A stretch of DNA of 64,000 nucleotides from Octopus bimaculoides (Eukaryota), in assembly GCF_001194135.2 (NCBI RefSeq), contig NC_068987.1, positions 16,106,194-16,170,193 of the forward strand. Reading direction: 5' to 3'. This document shows, in pieces, positions 1-13,379 of this stretch. The first letter of the stretch is position 1. The number at the start of each line of letters is the position of its first letter. Under the pieces are notes generated by a model. The model was not told the DNA's origin and did no database searches. It worked only from the letters and a program-made list of their open reading frames with translations. Both the position numbers and the translations under genes were made by a program.

Positions 1-75
1 CTTTGGTTTATGTCTATGTGGGTGTGAAAACTATCAAGCAGTGAAGGGTAGTGTCATTTGAATAGAATTATATGT

Positions 76-215
76 ATTCTCCTTTGCTCTTTTATGTATT
101 TCAGTCATTGGACAGTGGCCATGCTGGAGCACTGCCTTAAAGGTTTCAGTTGATCAAATTGACCTTGATGTTTATTTTTTAACTCTGGTACTTATTTTGT
201 TGGTTTCATTTGGTC
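76..215 (-). mobile_element. SINE family F1, 3' tail fragment
   Basis: Reverse complement of the F1 tail (ggccatgctggagcac...ggtacttatt) seen in many copies in the window. Confidence 0.75.
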
Positions 216-220
216 AGACT

Positions 221-577
221 GACATCGAGGGTTACAGTCGATCCGATCAATGGAACAGCCTGCTCGTGAAATTAACGTGCAAGTGGCTGAGCACTCCACA
301 GACACGTGTACCCTTAACGTAGTTCTTGGGGATATTCAACGTGACACAGTGTGACAAGACTGATCCTTTGAATTACAGTCACAACAGAAACAGGAAGTAA
401 GAGTGAGAGAAAGTTGTGGTGGAAGAGTACAGCAGAGTTCACCACCATCCCCTGCCGGAGCCTCGTGGAGCTTTAGGTGTTTTCGCTCAATATACACTCA
501 CAACGCCTGGTCTGGGAATCGAAACCGCGACCCTATGACCGCGAGTCCGCTGCCCTAACCACTGGGCCATTGCGCCT
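221..577 (-). mobile_element. tRNA-derived SINE family F3 (tRNA-Arg-like head), near full length
   Basis: Minus strand starts ggcgcaatggcccagtggttagggcagcggactcgcgg...ggtttcgattccc (A and B boxes); body matches copies at 2831-3267, 11596-11898 and 62032-62243. Confidence 0.85.
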
Positions 578-774
578 CTAGTGTTGGAAGGAACAAACAA
601 AATCATGAAGCTAGTGATAGAGACATTTACATTCATATACATACATATAGGCACACATTGGCATACACATAGACAAACACACATATGTATATATATATAT
701 ACATGACTCTATATAATAGTTACTGATATGAATGTCAGTTGATTTCTCCAGCCATGCTTTAAAAACCAGTGTTG

Positions 775-1075
775 TCAATTTAGAGGAAAAAAAGAGTGTG
801 AGCGACATGACTGAACACTTAGGTACACCCGAGTCGAGGAGAGAAAATACGATGTGCTGATGAGAGCTCTGTCAACAGATGCTGCAGAGCAGTAATCTGA
901 TGATAACTTCCGATGAAGGGGAAGTAAAATGGACGTAGTTGTTTGGAAACCAGATACAGTTGAATCTTTGCTGCTAAAGTTCCCAAGAGTGACAGAACAC
1001 TTGTTGTAAAATAGGAGAGCGAGTTTCCCACAGATCTGATGCTATGGAAACTATATCGGTGGTTACTGAGCATAT
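775..1075 (-). pseudogene. Decayed non-LTR retrotransposon reverse transcriptase fragment (CR1/Jockey-like)
   Basis: Minus-strand frames give LSNHRYSFHSIRSVGNSLSYFT (cf. LSDHQYGFRxxRSTGDLL), then VDRAL and DSGVPKCSVMSLTLF (cf. GVPQGSVLSPTLF); frameshifted; homologous to 39886-40170. Confidence 0.75.
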
Positions 1076-1080
1076 GTGTA

Positions 1081-1530
<450 letters not shown>

Positions 1531-1920
1531 ATTGGTAAATATACATAGAGAGTCAATCATTCAGACACTGTTGTAGTGATGATGATGAGGCTGTGGGGAG
1601 AGGAGGATTTTACAGAGATTTTCCTTTAGCTGTCAGTTAAGGATAATGGTCGGAACATGAATTTTTTTTTGTTCTTTTTTTGTTTATATTTTATATTTTT
1701 TAAAAATTTATTTTTCTATTTATGTTTTTGTAGGGCAGATGTGAAGTGGAGAGATGGTCCAGGACGATGGAGACGACAAGAGATAGTAAAACAGATTTCT
1801 GTTATTCAATAAACAGGAAATTGGCTTAGAACCTTCAAATGATAAACTTTCTAGCAGCCATTATCATCTTATTTGGTTAAAATCACTTCCTTCTGGTTAA
1901 TGGGGATGGCTAAGTTCGGA

Positions 1921-1945
1921 TATGATGATGATATTGATGATGATA

Positions 1946-1980
<35 letters not shown>

Positions 1981-2370
1981 AATTTATGTGGGGAAGTGGT
2001 GGGGATGGTAGTATTTATCTATTTATGCCTCTTTCTCTCTTTCATTCTTTTACTCTCTTTCTTTCTCTCTCTCTCCCTGTTTCTCTCAATATCTATCTAT
2101 CTATATATATGTGTGTGTATGTATGTATGTATGTGTATGCATATATGTATATATAGAAACATGTATATATTTACATATCTTCCTCTCTCACTCCCTCTCT
2201 CTCTCTCTGTTTTTCTGAATATGTTTCGTTTCTAACACATTTTTTTCTGCTTCTGTCTATTTCTATCTCTCTCCCACCCACACCGTCCCCGTTCTTTATC
2301 TCCTCTCTCTTTCTCTTTCTCTTTCTCTTTCCCTTTGCCTTCCTCTTTCTCTCTCTCTCTCTCTGTTGTT
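1921..2370. repeat. (GAT)n and (CT)n simple repeats
   Basis: Seen directly. Confidence 0.9.
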
Positions 2371-2830
2371 TTCCAAAATCTAGTTCTTTCATCATCTCTA
2401 GAACTGGACCAGAAATCCTAGGCACCAACTTACAAAAAGCTACAAACATTAGCAAAAAAGATTCATGCAAGGTTTGAAATCAGAACATATTTATGTTGAG
2501 GGCTTATCATTAATAACATCAACTGCATAGCATCATCATCATCATCATCATCATGTGTTGCTGTCAGCGTTGTCATCATCATCATCATCATTTTCGTTGT
2601 TGTCATCATTGTCATCATTATCATCATCGTTGCAATCATCAATATGCCACTAAGCATGTTTGTCCGGTGTGCTAATGATTCTGCCAGCTTGTTGCATTAA
2701 GATAAAATAAAATAATGCCATGGAAGACAAAAATATAATATAATCATAGTTATTTGGTGCACATTCACAGAAACAGAGATTTCTTTGATGTTTTCGTATG
2801 TAATCCATTAACCAGAGAGATAGGTAGGTA

Positions 2831-3267
2831 GGAGCACTCCGTCAGTTACGACGTCGAGGGTCCCAGCTGATACAACCAACGGAACAGCCTGCTTGTGGAA
2901 TTAACGTGCAAGTGGCTGAGCACTCAACAGACACGTGTACCCTTAACGTAGTCCTCAGGGAGATTCAGCATGACACAATGTTAGACAAGGCGTCGATCGT
3001 AAGGTCGTGAGTTCAATTCCCGGTGATGCATTGTATCCTTGAGCAAGACACTTTATTTCACGTTGCTCCAGTCCACTCAGTTGGCAAAAATGAGTAGTAC
3101 CTGTATTTCAAAGGGCCGGCCTTGTCACGCTGAGTCTCCCTGAGAACTACGTTAGGGGTACATGTATCTGTGGGTTGCTCAGTCACTTGCACATTAATTT
3201 CATGAGCAAGCTGTTCCGTTGATCGTATCAGCTGGGACCCTCGACGTAGTAAGCAACGGAGTGCTCC
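2831..3267 (+). mobile_element. F3 SINE with an inverted copy of its own 3' tail at the 5' end (fold-back)
   Basis: 2831-2991 is the reverse complement of 3119-3267; termini ggagcactcc / ggagtgctcc; 5'-truncated head begins about 2994. Confidence 0.85.
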
Positions 3268-3891
3268 ATTGGCTATAAGGAGAAATTCTCTCTCAAGGCA
3301 GTCACTGCTGTGAAGGTCTTTCCATGTACATGAACATGTAGAATATAACTGTCCACAGCTTTATTTTAATCATTACTGCTTAAGATGCCATTAATTAATT
3401 AATTTATCATTTATGTTTTATGTTTCCGTCATTAGACTGTGGCCATGCTGGAGCACTGCCAATGATATTCTTGTTTAAGAATAATAAATTTATGCTCTAC
3501 AGAAGTATACAACAACCCATAAAACTAATGTAAAGTCGTTTTTATTACGACTAAACATAAACACACACACACACACACACATGCAGGTGTGTGCCTATCT
3601 ATGTGACTTCAAAACTGTAGATAAAGTAAGCTCCAGAGATGTGATTCTGTATCAGGGCCAAGCAAGCAAAAGGCTCTGGAGACATGTCTGACGTTAAATT
3701 TAAAGGTTAGAGAAGGATGTCACAGATGTGGCAGTGGGAGGGGGAGGGAATTACACAAGTTTAAATATCATATTTGAAAATGAGAGCAGCCTTAGTCAGC
3801 CCTTGGATCACATTATATATATGTGTGTGTGTGTGTGTATACATGCATGTACATGTGTGCGTGTATGTTTATGTGTGTGTGGTGTGTATGT

Positions 3892-3928
<37 letters not shown>

Positions 3929-4712
3929 CACATACACACACATATTATTATCATTGTCATCATCAATTAATATCCGTTTTTCATACTGGAATATATATAA
4001 TATATATATCATCATCATCATCATCATCGTTTAGCATCCGCTTTCCATGCTGGCATGGGTTGGACGATTTGACTGAGGACTGGTGATGTATATATATGTG
4101 TGTGTGTGTGTGCTATATAAGTTTCTTTCAGTTTCCATCTACCATACCCTTTGGTTGGCGAGGCTATAACAGAGGACCCTTGCCTAAAGTGCTGTGCAGT
4201 GGGACTGAACCTGAAACTTTTCCCAGATAGCCATACAGTTTTCAGCTTCTCTGACAAAACTGAAACCTTATACAAATCCTATAGCAGTACCGAGACCAAG
4301 TTGTTAAATAATAAATAATGCAATAAAGTGACAGACAACACTTAGCGAATGAAAATGCCAAGGAATGACAAGGTCTTGTGACAGCCTTGCCTTATTGGGT
4401 TTCACCAGCAGTACACACCATTTACCTTTCGCTAAATGATGTGTCAGTTGTCTTTGTTCAAATGACTGCCTGCTGGCATTTTACCATTTTACCATTTTAC
4501 TTTGTAGCTAGTTGAGAAATATAAAACTATATATTACACAAAAATGCGAGTTTTCTTAAGTTTGCAATCATTCTTGAAAATAATACTGCCTGATAAGAGA
4601 AGGTAGTTGGAAGATATACAACTTATATACTGGTATATTTCATATATACTACGCATTTAATTTGTGGAAATGATATTTGGAGCTAAAGTAAAATGGTAAA
4701 GAGCAAGCATAC

Positions 4713-4852
4713 TTTAAGCTGTAAGTAGATTAACATTTCAACTGTACTTGTATAAAGTTCTTGATATCCTGCCACCAAATTCATTCGTTGTCCTGGGGCA
4801 TCAATCACAAATATTTTATTTTCTACTTTATCTGTATATGCCTTGGAATTTG
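4713..4852 (-). CDS. Candidate coding exon, unidentified protein (ANSKAYTDKVENKIFVIDAPGQRMNLVAGYQELYTS...)
   Basis: Open frame of about 67 codons in non-repeat DNA; possible acceptor ttgcag and donor aaa/gtatgc; no homology recognised. Confidence 0.3.
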
Positions 4853-4880
4853 CTGCAATTTTGTAGTTGAAATAAATTAA

Positions 4881-5485
4881 TTAACCCTTTTTTTACCATA
4901 GATGCTGGCTTAACTGTGTGGTAAGAAGTTTGCTTAGCAACCACATTGTTCCAGGTTCAGTCCCACTGTGTGGCACCTTGGGCATGTATTTTCTACTATA
5001 CTAAGGCTTTGGACTGAACAAAGCCTTGTGTGTGGATTTGGTAGGCACAAACTGAAAGAAGCCCATCATATATGTGAGTGTGTGTGTGTGTGTGTGTTCC
5101 CCACTACTGTTTGACAACCAGTGTTGGTGTGTTTACATCCCCATAATTTAATGGCTCAACAAAAGAGACCAATAGAATAAATAGCAGGCTTAAACACGAA
5201 TAAGTAGTGGGGTTGTTTCATTTGACTAAAAATTCTTTAAGATGGTCCACAGTCTAATGATTGAAACAAGGAAAAGATAAAAGATATTTTTGTTGAAAAA
5301 TATTGCCTTTGTTTCAATTATTTTGGAAATAATAAAGAATTTAGTACAATAACTTTGTCCTTATTTACCAAATTTTTGGAGCATAAATTAAAACAAAAAT
5401 TTGATGAAAGATTTTATTTCAGATTATTTTCTTTTATAGAACCAACCAAAGGCAGTCTTGGGATGTTTGTCATGAAAAGGGTTGA
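4881..5485. mobile_element. piggyBac-like MITE interrupted by an F1 SINE
   Basis: ttaa-ccctt left end and aaaggg-ttga right end; body resembles 50729-50954; SINE occupies about 4901-5283. Confidence 0.7.
4901..5283 (+). mobile_element. F1 SINE, full length, CpG-decayed
   Basis: Head ctgtgtggtaagaagtttgct...ggttcagtccc, internal (TG)n, tail aaagataaaaga. Confidence 0.85.
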
Positions 5486-5709
5486 ATTTTGATTGAATTG
5501 AAAAATTGTAAATTATTCTGACCCAAAGTATTCTATTTTTCAAATATCCATATACAGGTGTGATATTGGAGGTAAGTAGACGACTATTTTGTGCTTTCAA
5601 GTAAATGACTAAACTTTGTATGTGATATATTTAATGCTTTTATTCAATCTTTGACGTATAAAATGTGTTAGAACTCAAAGACCAAACATGTTATACTATA
5701 AACATAGAC

Positions 5710-5897
5710 TCATGCTGGTGCCATGTTAAAAGCACTCAGCACCCACTGTAAAGTGGTTGGCATTAGGAAGGGCATCCAGCCATAGAAACCAGGCGAAATC
5801 AGACTGGAACCTGGTGCAGCTCTCTGGCTTGCCAGCTCTAGCCAAATCATCCAACCCATGCCAGCATGGAAAATGGACGTTAAAGGATGACGATGAT
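5710..5897 (+). mobile_element. RTE LINE 3'UTR end (family F2)
   Basis: ggcattaggaagggcatccagc...ggacgttaaa followed by degenerate (GAT)n tail. Confidence 0.8.
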
Positions 5898-6414
5898 AGA
5901 CTATAGACATTAATGTGAAATGTAGGCTTTAATAAAACTCATACAGACATCAGTAAGTGTATACATGAAAGAACATATCTGACCATGGGAAAATATTACT
6001 TTGCATGGAAACAGGTGAGGGTTGGCAATAGGAAGGGTATCCAGCCATAAAAAAATCTGCTTCAACAAGTTCCATCTGACCCATGCAAGCAGAGAAAAGT
6101 GGAGGTTAAATAATGATTATCTCTGTGAACAGTTAAGCGAAGCTCTCAAATGCTTAAACTTAAAACTCATGCAGCTGATTCCTCTTTTTCAATCCATGAA
6201 TATATTGTGTATAAAGATATGTTAGTTATATCTGTCCTTTACATACACTGTTGACTATTATCTATGAATATATTTAGAAAGGTTTTATCATACGGAATAA
6301 TATTGAAATGAAACACTGTTAACATAACTGACAAAAGTTGAATTCTCAAAGTGCCTAAAATTCTTTTATGACAAGACTAATTATTTCCAGTTGTCTGTCT
6401 GTCTATTCATACAC

Positions 6415-6465
<51 letters not shown>

Positions 6466-6685
6466 NNNNNNNNNNNNNNNNNNNNNNNNNNNNNNNNNNN
6501 NNNNNNNNNNNNNNNNNNNNNNNNNNNNNNNNNNNNNNNNNNNNNNNNNNNNNNNNNNNNNNNNNNNNNNNNNNNNNNNNNNNNNNNNNNNNNNNNNNNN
6601 NNNNNNNNNNNNNNNNNNNNNNNNNNNNNNNNNNNNNNNNNNNNNNNNNNNNNNNNNNNNNNNNNNNNNNNNNNNNNNNNNNTCT

Positions 6686-7055
6686 GCAGGAGTGGCTGTG
6701 TGGTAAGTAGCTTGCTTATCAACCACATGGTTCCGGGCTCATTCCCACTGCGTGACACCTTGGGCAAGTGTCTTGCACTATAGCCTTGGGCTGACAAAAG
6801 CCTTGTGAGTGGATTTGGTAGACGGAAACTGAAAGAAGCCCGTCGTATATATATACGTATATATATATATATGTATGTGTGTGTGTTTGAGTGTCTGTGT
6901 TTGTCCCCCCAACATCGCTTGACAACCGATGGTGGTGTGTTTACGTCCCCGTAACCTAGCGGTTCGGCAAAAGAGACCGATAGAATAAGTACTAGGCTTC
7001 CAAAGAATAAGTCCTGGGGGGCGATTTTCTTGACTAAAGGCGGTGCTCCAGCATG
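6686..7055 (+). mobile_element. F1 SINE, young copy
   Basis: Well-preserved head, internal (TA)/(TG) microsatellite, CpGs retained; 3' end truncated at gctccagcatg. Confidence 0.9.
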
Positions 7056-7321
7056 AGCTTGTACGAGGCATGCTACCCTTTTTAACCCAGAGTACCAGTA
7101 GAATCCTTTGAAGAGAAACAAGATCGTAATGATCAGAGTCCAAAATCACGTGGTAAGGATATGTCTGTATACTTCATTTTATGAGTTCATCTCACCGTAG
7201 AAAGGTGCTTTTAGCTTGCTCACTCACATTCTGTCAATTTCATCAGGTTAGTGCTTCGTGGCTACTTGAGTCCTTTTTTCACTCTTATTTCCAGCAATTG
7301 CCGGTACTAATTTGTACCCTC

Positions 7322-7362
<41 letters not shown>

Positions 7363-7922
7363 CACACATACACATATATAAATATAAATTTAAATAGAGG
7401 TTTAAAAAGCCACCTTAAGGGGATAAAAAATATCCAATGAATTACTGGTTTGTTACCTATTATTTTGCTGTGAATTGTAATATTCCTAAAATAATAGGTT
7501 TAACTATAAATCTTGGATTTTAATTTGAGTATATATATATATGTATATATGTATATATGTATATATATATATATAAGAAAGAGAGAGAGAGAGACTGATG
7601 CACACACATCCTTCAAATCATCCATCCATCCAACCATGATTACATATACAATACATTGTCTAAGACTCCATGTCAGAAAAAATATGCACTCATATATTTC
7701 TCAATAGAGTATATTTCTCAATTAATCAAAGTGTACAGTATTATGTAGCCATTACAGCCAACCTTATCAATCGGTTTCATGGTGGGAGTTCTACAGAAGA
7801 TTACAAGGTTACATAATCAAGCTGTTACCTAATACTCCATTGAACTCCAAGAGCAAAACCCATTGGTAAGATCAGCTGTAATGGATATATAATACAGTAC
7901 ACTTCAAGTAATATATATATAA

Positions 7923-8070
7923 TTCCTGGAACCACCACTGACGCTGGCTTATGCTTATTGTCCAATCCCCATTATACTTCACTAATATTCCTTGTGCTTT
8001 CCATTGCGTTATTGCCTTTATTAAACTCATAATGCAAAATATGTTGAATATGCTCCTTTGTCACTTCCAT
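7923..8070 (-). pseudogene. mariner transposase N-terminal (HTH) remnant
   Basis: MEVTKEHIQHILHYEFNKGNNAMESTRNISEV, +1 frameshift, then YGDWTISISQRQWWFQE; typical mariner N-terminus. Confidence 0.8.
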
Positions 8071-8608
8071 TATAGCTTTAAAAAATAACTGTTAAAATCG
8101 AATTACACTCTTCAAAATTTGCACTAAGAATAAGGTTACAGAGTTATAACAAAGTTCACTCTTCACTAAAAGGTAAAATTACTACCTCCTTTTATAGCAA
8201 TTTGATGCAGGTAGTTTATCCCATTCCCCTCTGACTTTTAGTCCATGCAACTATCTATTTATTTTTGTGCTCCATTTTGAGAAAAATGTTTCCATTACTT
8301 CATTAGAATTAAGCTAATTTACTATTCTATATTTAATGATGCCATATTATATCTTATTATGAGAAGTGATATGTCTGATAATTGCTGTGTAGACATTTCT
8401 GAGGAAAGATAATTTTTAATTATATTCTGTTTACTGGAACCGTTTCACTGATGCATGACTAATTGTCAATTTTACAATATTTCTTTTCCAGCCTTAGTAG
8501 TTTAGCAACATACAAGATAATGTTAATCAGTTAAAATTTGCTATTTCCTGTTAGCCTTCCTTTAAGGTTTAAAATTGCCTTATAATAATTAAAGAAAAAA
8601 AATTCAAC

Positions 8609-8694
8609 CTTCGTCTTCTTGGACACACCATGGATTTTTGAAACTGATATTTGGATGAAAAATTGTGTCACTGATATCAAGAAATAAGACAGAT
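8609..8694 (-). CDS. Candidate coding exon (SVLFLDISDTIFHPNISFKNPWCVQEDE, or an alternative open frame)
   Basis: Acceptor gtatcag, weak donor aag/gttgaa; two frames open. Confidence 0.2.
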
Positions 8695-9004
8695 CTGATA
8701 CAATATATGTAGATTTTCAAACATATTATGTTCCCTAGCAGACAGTCAGTACAAGGGAGATAATCATTTCTTCATAACATTTGGCAGGATCAGAAATTTG
8801 AATTTGAAATTAAGGAATGAGGAAGTAGATATGCAGAATACACATACATATGTATATATTTTTTTTGCTTACTTATTATGAACGTCTTAAAATCCATAGT
8901 CTTAGATAATTATGTGTAGCACCATTTCATTCTTTTTAGAAATCATCAGTGTGACATAACTGTGACATAAATTAAACATTATGATGCATGACATTTCTTA
9001 TAGA

Positions 9005-9049
<45 letters not shown>

Positions 9050-9054
9050 AAATA

Positions 9055-9207
9055 GTTGGCATTAGGAAGGGCATCCAGGTATAGAAACCATGTCAAAACA
9101 GACAATTGGAGACTGATGCAGCTTCCAACTTCCATCCTGTCAAATCATCCAACCCATGCCAGCATGGAAGAAGGATGTTAAATGATGATGATGATGATGA
9201 TGATGAT
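9055..9207 (+). mobile_element. RTE 3'UTR end (F2)
   Basis: F2 core plus (GAT)n tail. Confidence 0.8.
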
Positions 9208-9302
9208 GGTGTAACTTTCATAGAATAAAACCATCTTAAACACACCTTACTTTACTTTTTGTCTTTCGATCAATTTGATATTTTCTACAGATATATATAA
9301 GT

Positions 9303-9689
9303 GCATTCATGACTGTAGGTCAAGTAGCTTGCTTTGAAACCATGTGGTTTCAGGTTCAATCCCACTCTGCAGCACCTTGGGCAAGTGTCTTCTAGAGTCC
9401 TGGGCTGACCAATGCCTTGTGAGTGAGTTAGGTAGATGTAAACTATGTGAAAGCCTGTCATATACATGTGTGGTGTATGTTTGTTTGTCCCCACCTCCAC
9501 TACCACTGCCACCACCACCACCACCACTTGACAACCAGTACTGGTTTGTTTACATTCCTGTATCTTAACAGTTCAGCAAAAGAGACTGATAGACTAAGTG
9601 CCTAACTTTAAAAAAAAAATGCAAGTACTAGAGTTAGTTCATTCAATTAAACCTTTCAAAATAGTGCTTCAACATGGCCACAGTCCAAT
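9303..9689 (+). mobile_element. F1 SINE, decayed
   Basis: Head and tail motifs match other F1 copies. Confidence 0.75.
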
Positions 9690-9690
9690 C

Positions 9691-9900
9691 ACCTGACTGG
9701 CCTTCGTGCTGGTGGCACGTAAAAGCACCCACTACACTCTCGGAGTGGTTGGCATTAGGAAAGGCATCCAGCTGTAGAAACTCTGCCAAATCAGATTGGA
9801 GCCTGGTGTAGCCACCTGGTCCACCAGTTCTCAGTCAAATTGTCCAACCCATGCTAGCATGGAAAGCGGACGTTAAACGATGATGATGATGATGATGATG
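9691..9900 (+). mobile_element. RTE 3'UTR end (F2), young
   Basis: ctgactggccttcgtgctggtggcacgtaaaagcaccc...cggacgttaaacgatgatgatg. Confidence 0.85.
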
Positions 9901-10298
9901 AAGAAAAGTGAGACTTTAGTACTTAAATGGTGGTGCTCCAGCAAGACCACAGCCTTTGTGCTGGAACATATAAATAAAGAACAAAAATAAGGAAAAAAAA
10001 TTAAAGGAAAAAATGTATTCAATATAGAAAATTGGGGAAATGAAAGAAGCAAACAAACAACGAAACGAGATTGAAAAACATGTCAACTCTATAATGTTTA
10101 CAAATACCGAGAATAAAACTGTTCGTTTAAGCAAGACACAGCAAAACATAATGAATGACTTTCCTTTATATTTTTTCTATATTTAAAATGGGTTTACTTT
10201 GGAAAACAAAAATGATAATTCAGCTTGTTAGCCAAGTCAATAGAAGTGTTGAGTCGTTAAACCTAATATTTACTATCCGATTAATTGAAAGTAGGTAC

Positions 10299-10375
10299 TT
10301 TTTGTGTCCTGTCTCTGACACAATACTGATTCCCTTAACAAAGATACAGCTCTCCTGATGACTCGCTCCACTGAG
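10299..10375 (-). CDS. Candidate coding exon (frame ambiguous: SVERVIRRAVSLLRESVLCQRQDTK or LSGASHQESCIFVKGISIVSETGHK)
   Basis: Good acceptor ctcttatatacatacttgcag; weak donor a/gtacct. Confidence 0.25.
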
Positions 10376-11595
10376 CTGCAAGTATGTATATAAGAGGATG
10401 GTTTATTAATATAACATCAATTATATATACAATGTTCTACATAGGAAAAATTTGAAGCTAAGTTTTCAGTGAATTCCTGTTTAATATTTGATCCCTGCTT
10501 TTTAAGCAATGATCAAGCACAGTTTTGATACTCATGGGATATGTGGATATGTAGTTAAATTAGTTGTAGCAATTATAATTATGCAAGAATTACTGAAAAA
10601 AAAAAAGCTAATTAAAAATGAATATGCAGTGACAAGAAAGTGAAATATGAGTCAAAGACTAATGCTATTTTAATCAAACACACATGCACAGACACACACA
10701 CATTTGTGTGTGTGTATGTATTGTTAGACATACATATGGTTAGACATACATATATACATATGTGTATGTATGTATATATATATATATATATATATATAAG
10801 ATACATAATTATTTAAATATAATTATAATAAGAGCTCCAATGAGTAGCAGCACATGCTAGAAAAATAGGTGCCTAACGGCTCTAAGAACTACAATATTTA
10901 CCCTTTTAGCACAGGCTGAAAGCAAGGGAAGTCAACATAACAGAGTTTTTTAAAAAATGGTTTAACTATAGATCGATTTCTAGTTTAGAGATGTAAATCC
11001 CTTAACTGACATCAGTATAGAGTAACTCAATGCACATAATTATAAACATACATACTCATATGAATAACAGGTATCAACAAGTGCATATACAAATGTTCAC
11101 ATTTATATACAAGCTAAATTTAATTCATTCACCTCAATCACATGTGTATACAACCAAAATAATACCAGAGTGAATATATTGGTCAGAGTAATTCATATTT
11201 ATATATAATCAAGGTTAAAATCTTTATAAGATTTTATCAAATAGCCAGCATGTAATAAAACCATATAGGTAACAATTAATACAATATATATAATTACATA
11301 AATACAATTATAATAAGGGCACTATTGAGTAACGCTACATGCTAGAAATAGACGCTAAATGGGTCTAAGAACTACATTATTTACTCCTTTAGCATGGGCT
11401 GAAAACAAGGGAAGTGTACAAAAAATATTCTTTATATTATATGTTTCCTACCAACACTCGATGTATTCAATGTTGTCTGTTTCAGTGTGAGCTCTATGTC
11501 ATCATACCTAGCCTTTTCTAGTGTCAGCACACCTATTTGTTTATTTGTACACATGCACATACATGGGCTCACATAATCTTATGCTCGTCTAAATG

Positions 11596-11898
11596 GTTAG
11601 GGTAGTCAGTTCATGATTGTAAGATCTTGAGTTTGATTTCTGGCAGCACATTGTGTCCTTGAGCAAGACACTTTATTTCCCATTGCTCCAGTCCACTCAG
11701 CTGGCAAAAATGAGTTGTATTTGTAATTCAAAGGGCCAGCCTCGTCACATTCTGTGTCATGTTGAATCTCCCTGAAAACTATGTTAAGGGTACGCTTGTC
11801 TGTGGCATACTCAGCCACTTGCGTATTAATTTCACAAACAGGCTTTTCTGTTGATTGGATCAACTAGATCCCTCATTGTTGTAACTGATGGAATGCCA
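11596..11898 (+). mobile_element. F3 SINE, decayed
   Basis: tgtgtccttgagcaagacactttattt...gggtacgcttgtctgtgg matches F3. Confidence 0.8.
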
Positions 11899-12443
11899 AT
11901 AAGTTTGTGAGTGTGTGTGAGCATGATGTGTGTGTGCATGTGTGTATATATGCATGTGTGTTTTTGTGTAGTTTGTTGAAGATGTAACAGATTTTTCAGA
12001 GTAATTCTAATTTTCTCCTCTGACGCTATCTCTGTTGTTTGTGCAGCAGGATGTGTTGTATTACATTAAACTATCCCCCAGTGATAGTGTTTAAGAGAGT
12101 GTTAAAGTGCTAGTGATGCTGCTAGTATTATGTACATACATTTATTAACAACAAGAAATGTTAATGAGTTTCTTTATTTTGAGAGCTGACTGGTGATGGT
12201 AATGTTTCTTGTTATTGTTGGTGATGCTAGAAGACTGTTTGTATTCTCAAAGTTATCAACAGCGATTGTGTTGTGGGTTGTTAACTATAGGTGAACTGTT
12301 AGTGGTTAGTGGTGGTGATGGTGGTGGTGGTGATAGTGGTGGCGGTAGCAGCCACAGTGATGGTAATGATGGTGGTGGTGGTGGTGGTGGTAATAATAGT
12401 CGGCATGCAATTTCAGAACTAGTGTTACTGCCTAAGTATGAAT

Positions 12444-12655
12444 GTTGTTGCTGTTGTTGTTGTTGTTGTTTAGCCCTAGACCAGATGAGCCTCCACTGAG
12501 CAGACATATGCTTAAAGACTCTCCAGTCTAGACAACCCTGTCATTTTTTCAAGTAGCATAAACTATCCAGTCTATCATTTTCTTAAAGATAGCTGAGTGT
12601 GATTTGAGATAGATGTGGGGGTTCTATTTCTAGCAAACTGAGCAACCAGGTAGAC
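12444..12655 (-). mobile_element. F5 SINE-like element with (CAA)n tail
   Basis: Minus strand has gctagaaatag motif and ends ctagggctaaacaacaac. Confidence 0.65.
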
Positions 12656-12774
12656 ACGCTTTCTGTTTATGTGCATGCGTTTCACTGCTGATTAATGGTG
12701 ACATTGTTGTAGATGTGATCTTAATGTGCACATACACACACACATACACAAATACACATGTAAGTGTGTGTGTC

Positions 12775-12935
12775 TGTATGTGGCTGTGTGGTAAGAAGCT
12801 CACTTCCCAACCATATAGTTCCAGGTTCAGTCCTACTGCATGGCACCTTGGGCAAGTGTCTTCTACTATAGCCTCAGCCCGACCAAAGCCTCGTGAATGA
12901 ATTTAGTAGACAGAAACTGAAAGAAGCCCGTTGTA
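12775..12935 (+). mobile_element. F1 SINE 5' half
   Basis: gtggctgtgtggtaagaagctc...gaaactgaaagaagcccg. Confidence 0.8.
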
Positions 12936-13345
12936 TATATATATGTGTATGTATGTATGAATGAACTCTGGCTGAAATACGATTGATATAAAATAAAGCT
13001 GAAGCAAATGAACACCCAATATATAGTGCGTGTGTTTTCATTGGCTAAACTGACAACATGATTGTCCACAAATACAACAATATATGTTTCAACACACGAA
13101 TTCACATCAAGAATCTTGCAAAACGAATATATAAATTCATATACATACATACATACATACAAAGGTTGCAAGACGCAGCAAAAACTTTAGGAAAATAAAA
13201 ATAAGGAATAAGTGAAAATTTTACCGGGGAGTATGTTAAATTACAAGGCACAAAAAGAAAATGACTCTCCCCAGACACACCAGAATATGCTTCAACACAC
13301 GAACTCACATAAAGAATCTTGCAAACCAAATCCCANNNNNNNNNN

Positions 13346-13379
<34 letters not shown>

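Noticed and set aside
500-577. tRNA genes (also 47395-47461, 62032-62095)
   Set aside because: A and B boxes are present, but the heads continue into SINE bodies and lack a complete acceptor stem.
929-1068. Plus-strand RRASFPQI*CYGNYIGGY resembling a glutaredoxin motif
   Set aside because: It contains stops and is the antisense reading of the LINE RT fragment on the minus strand, which matches several RT motifs.
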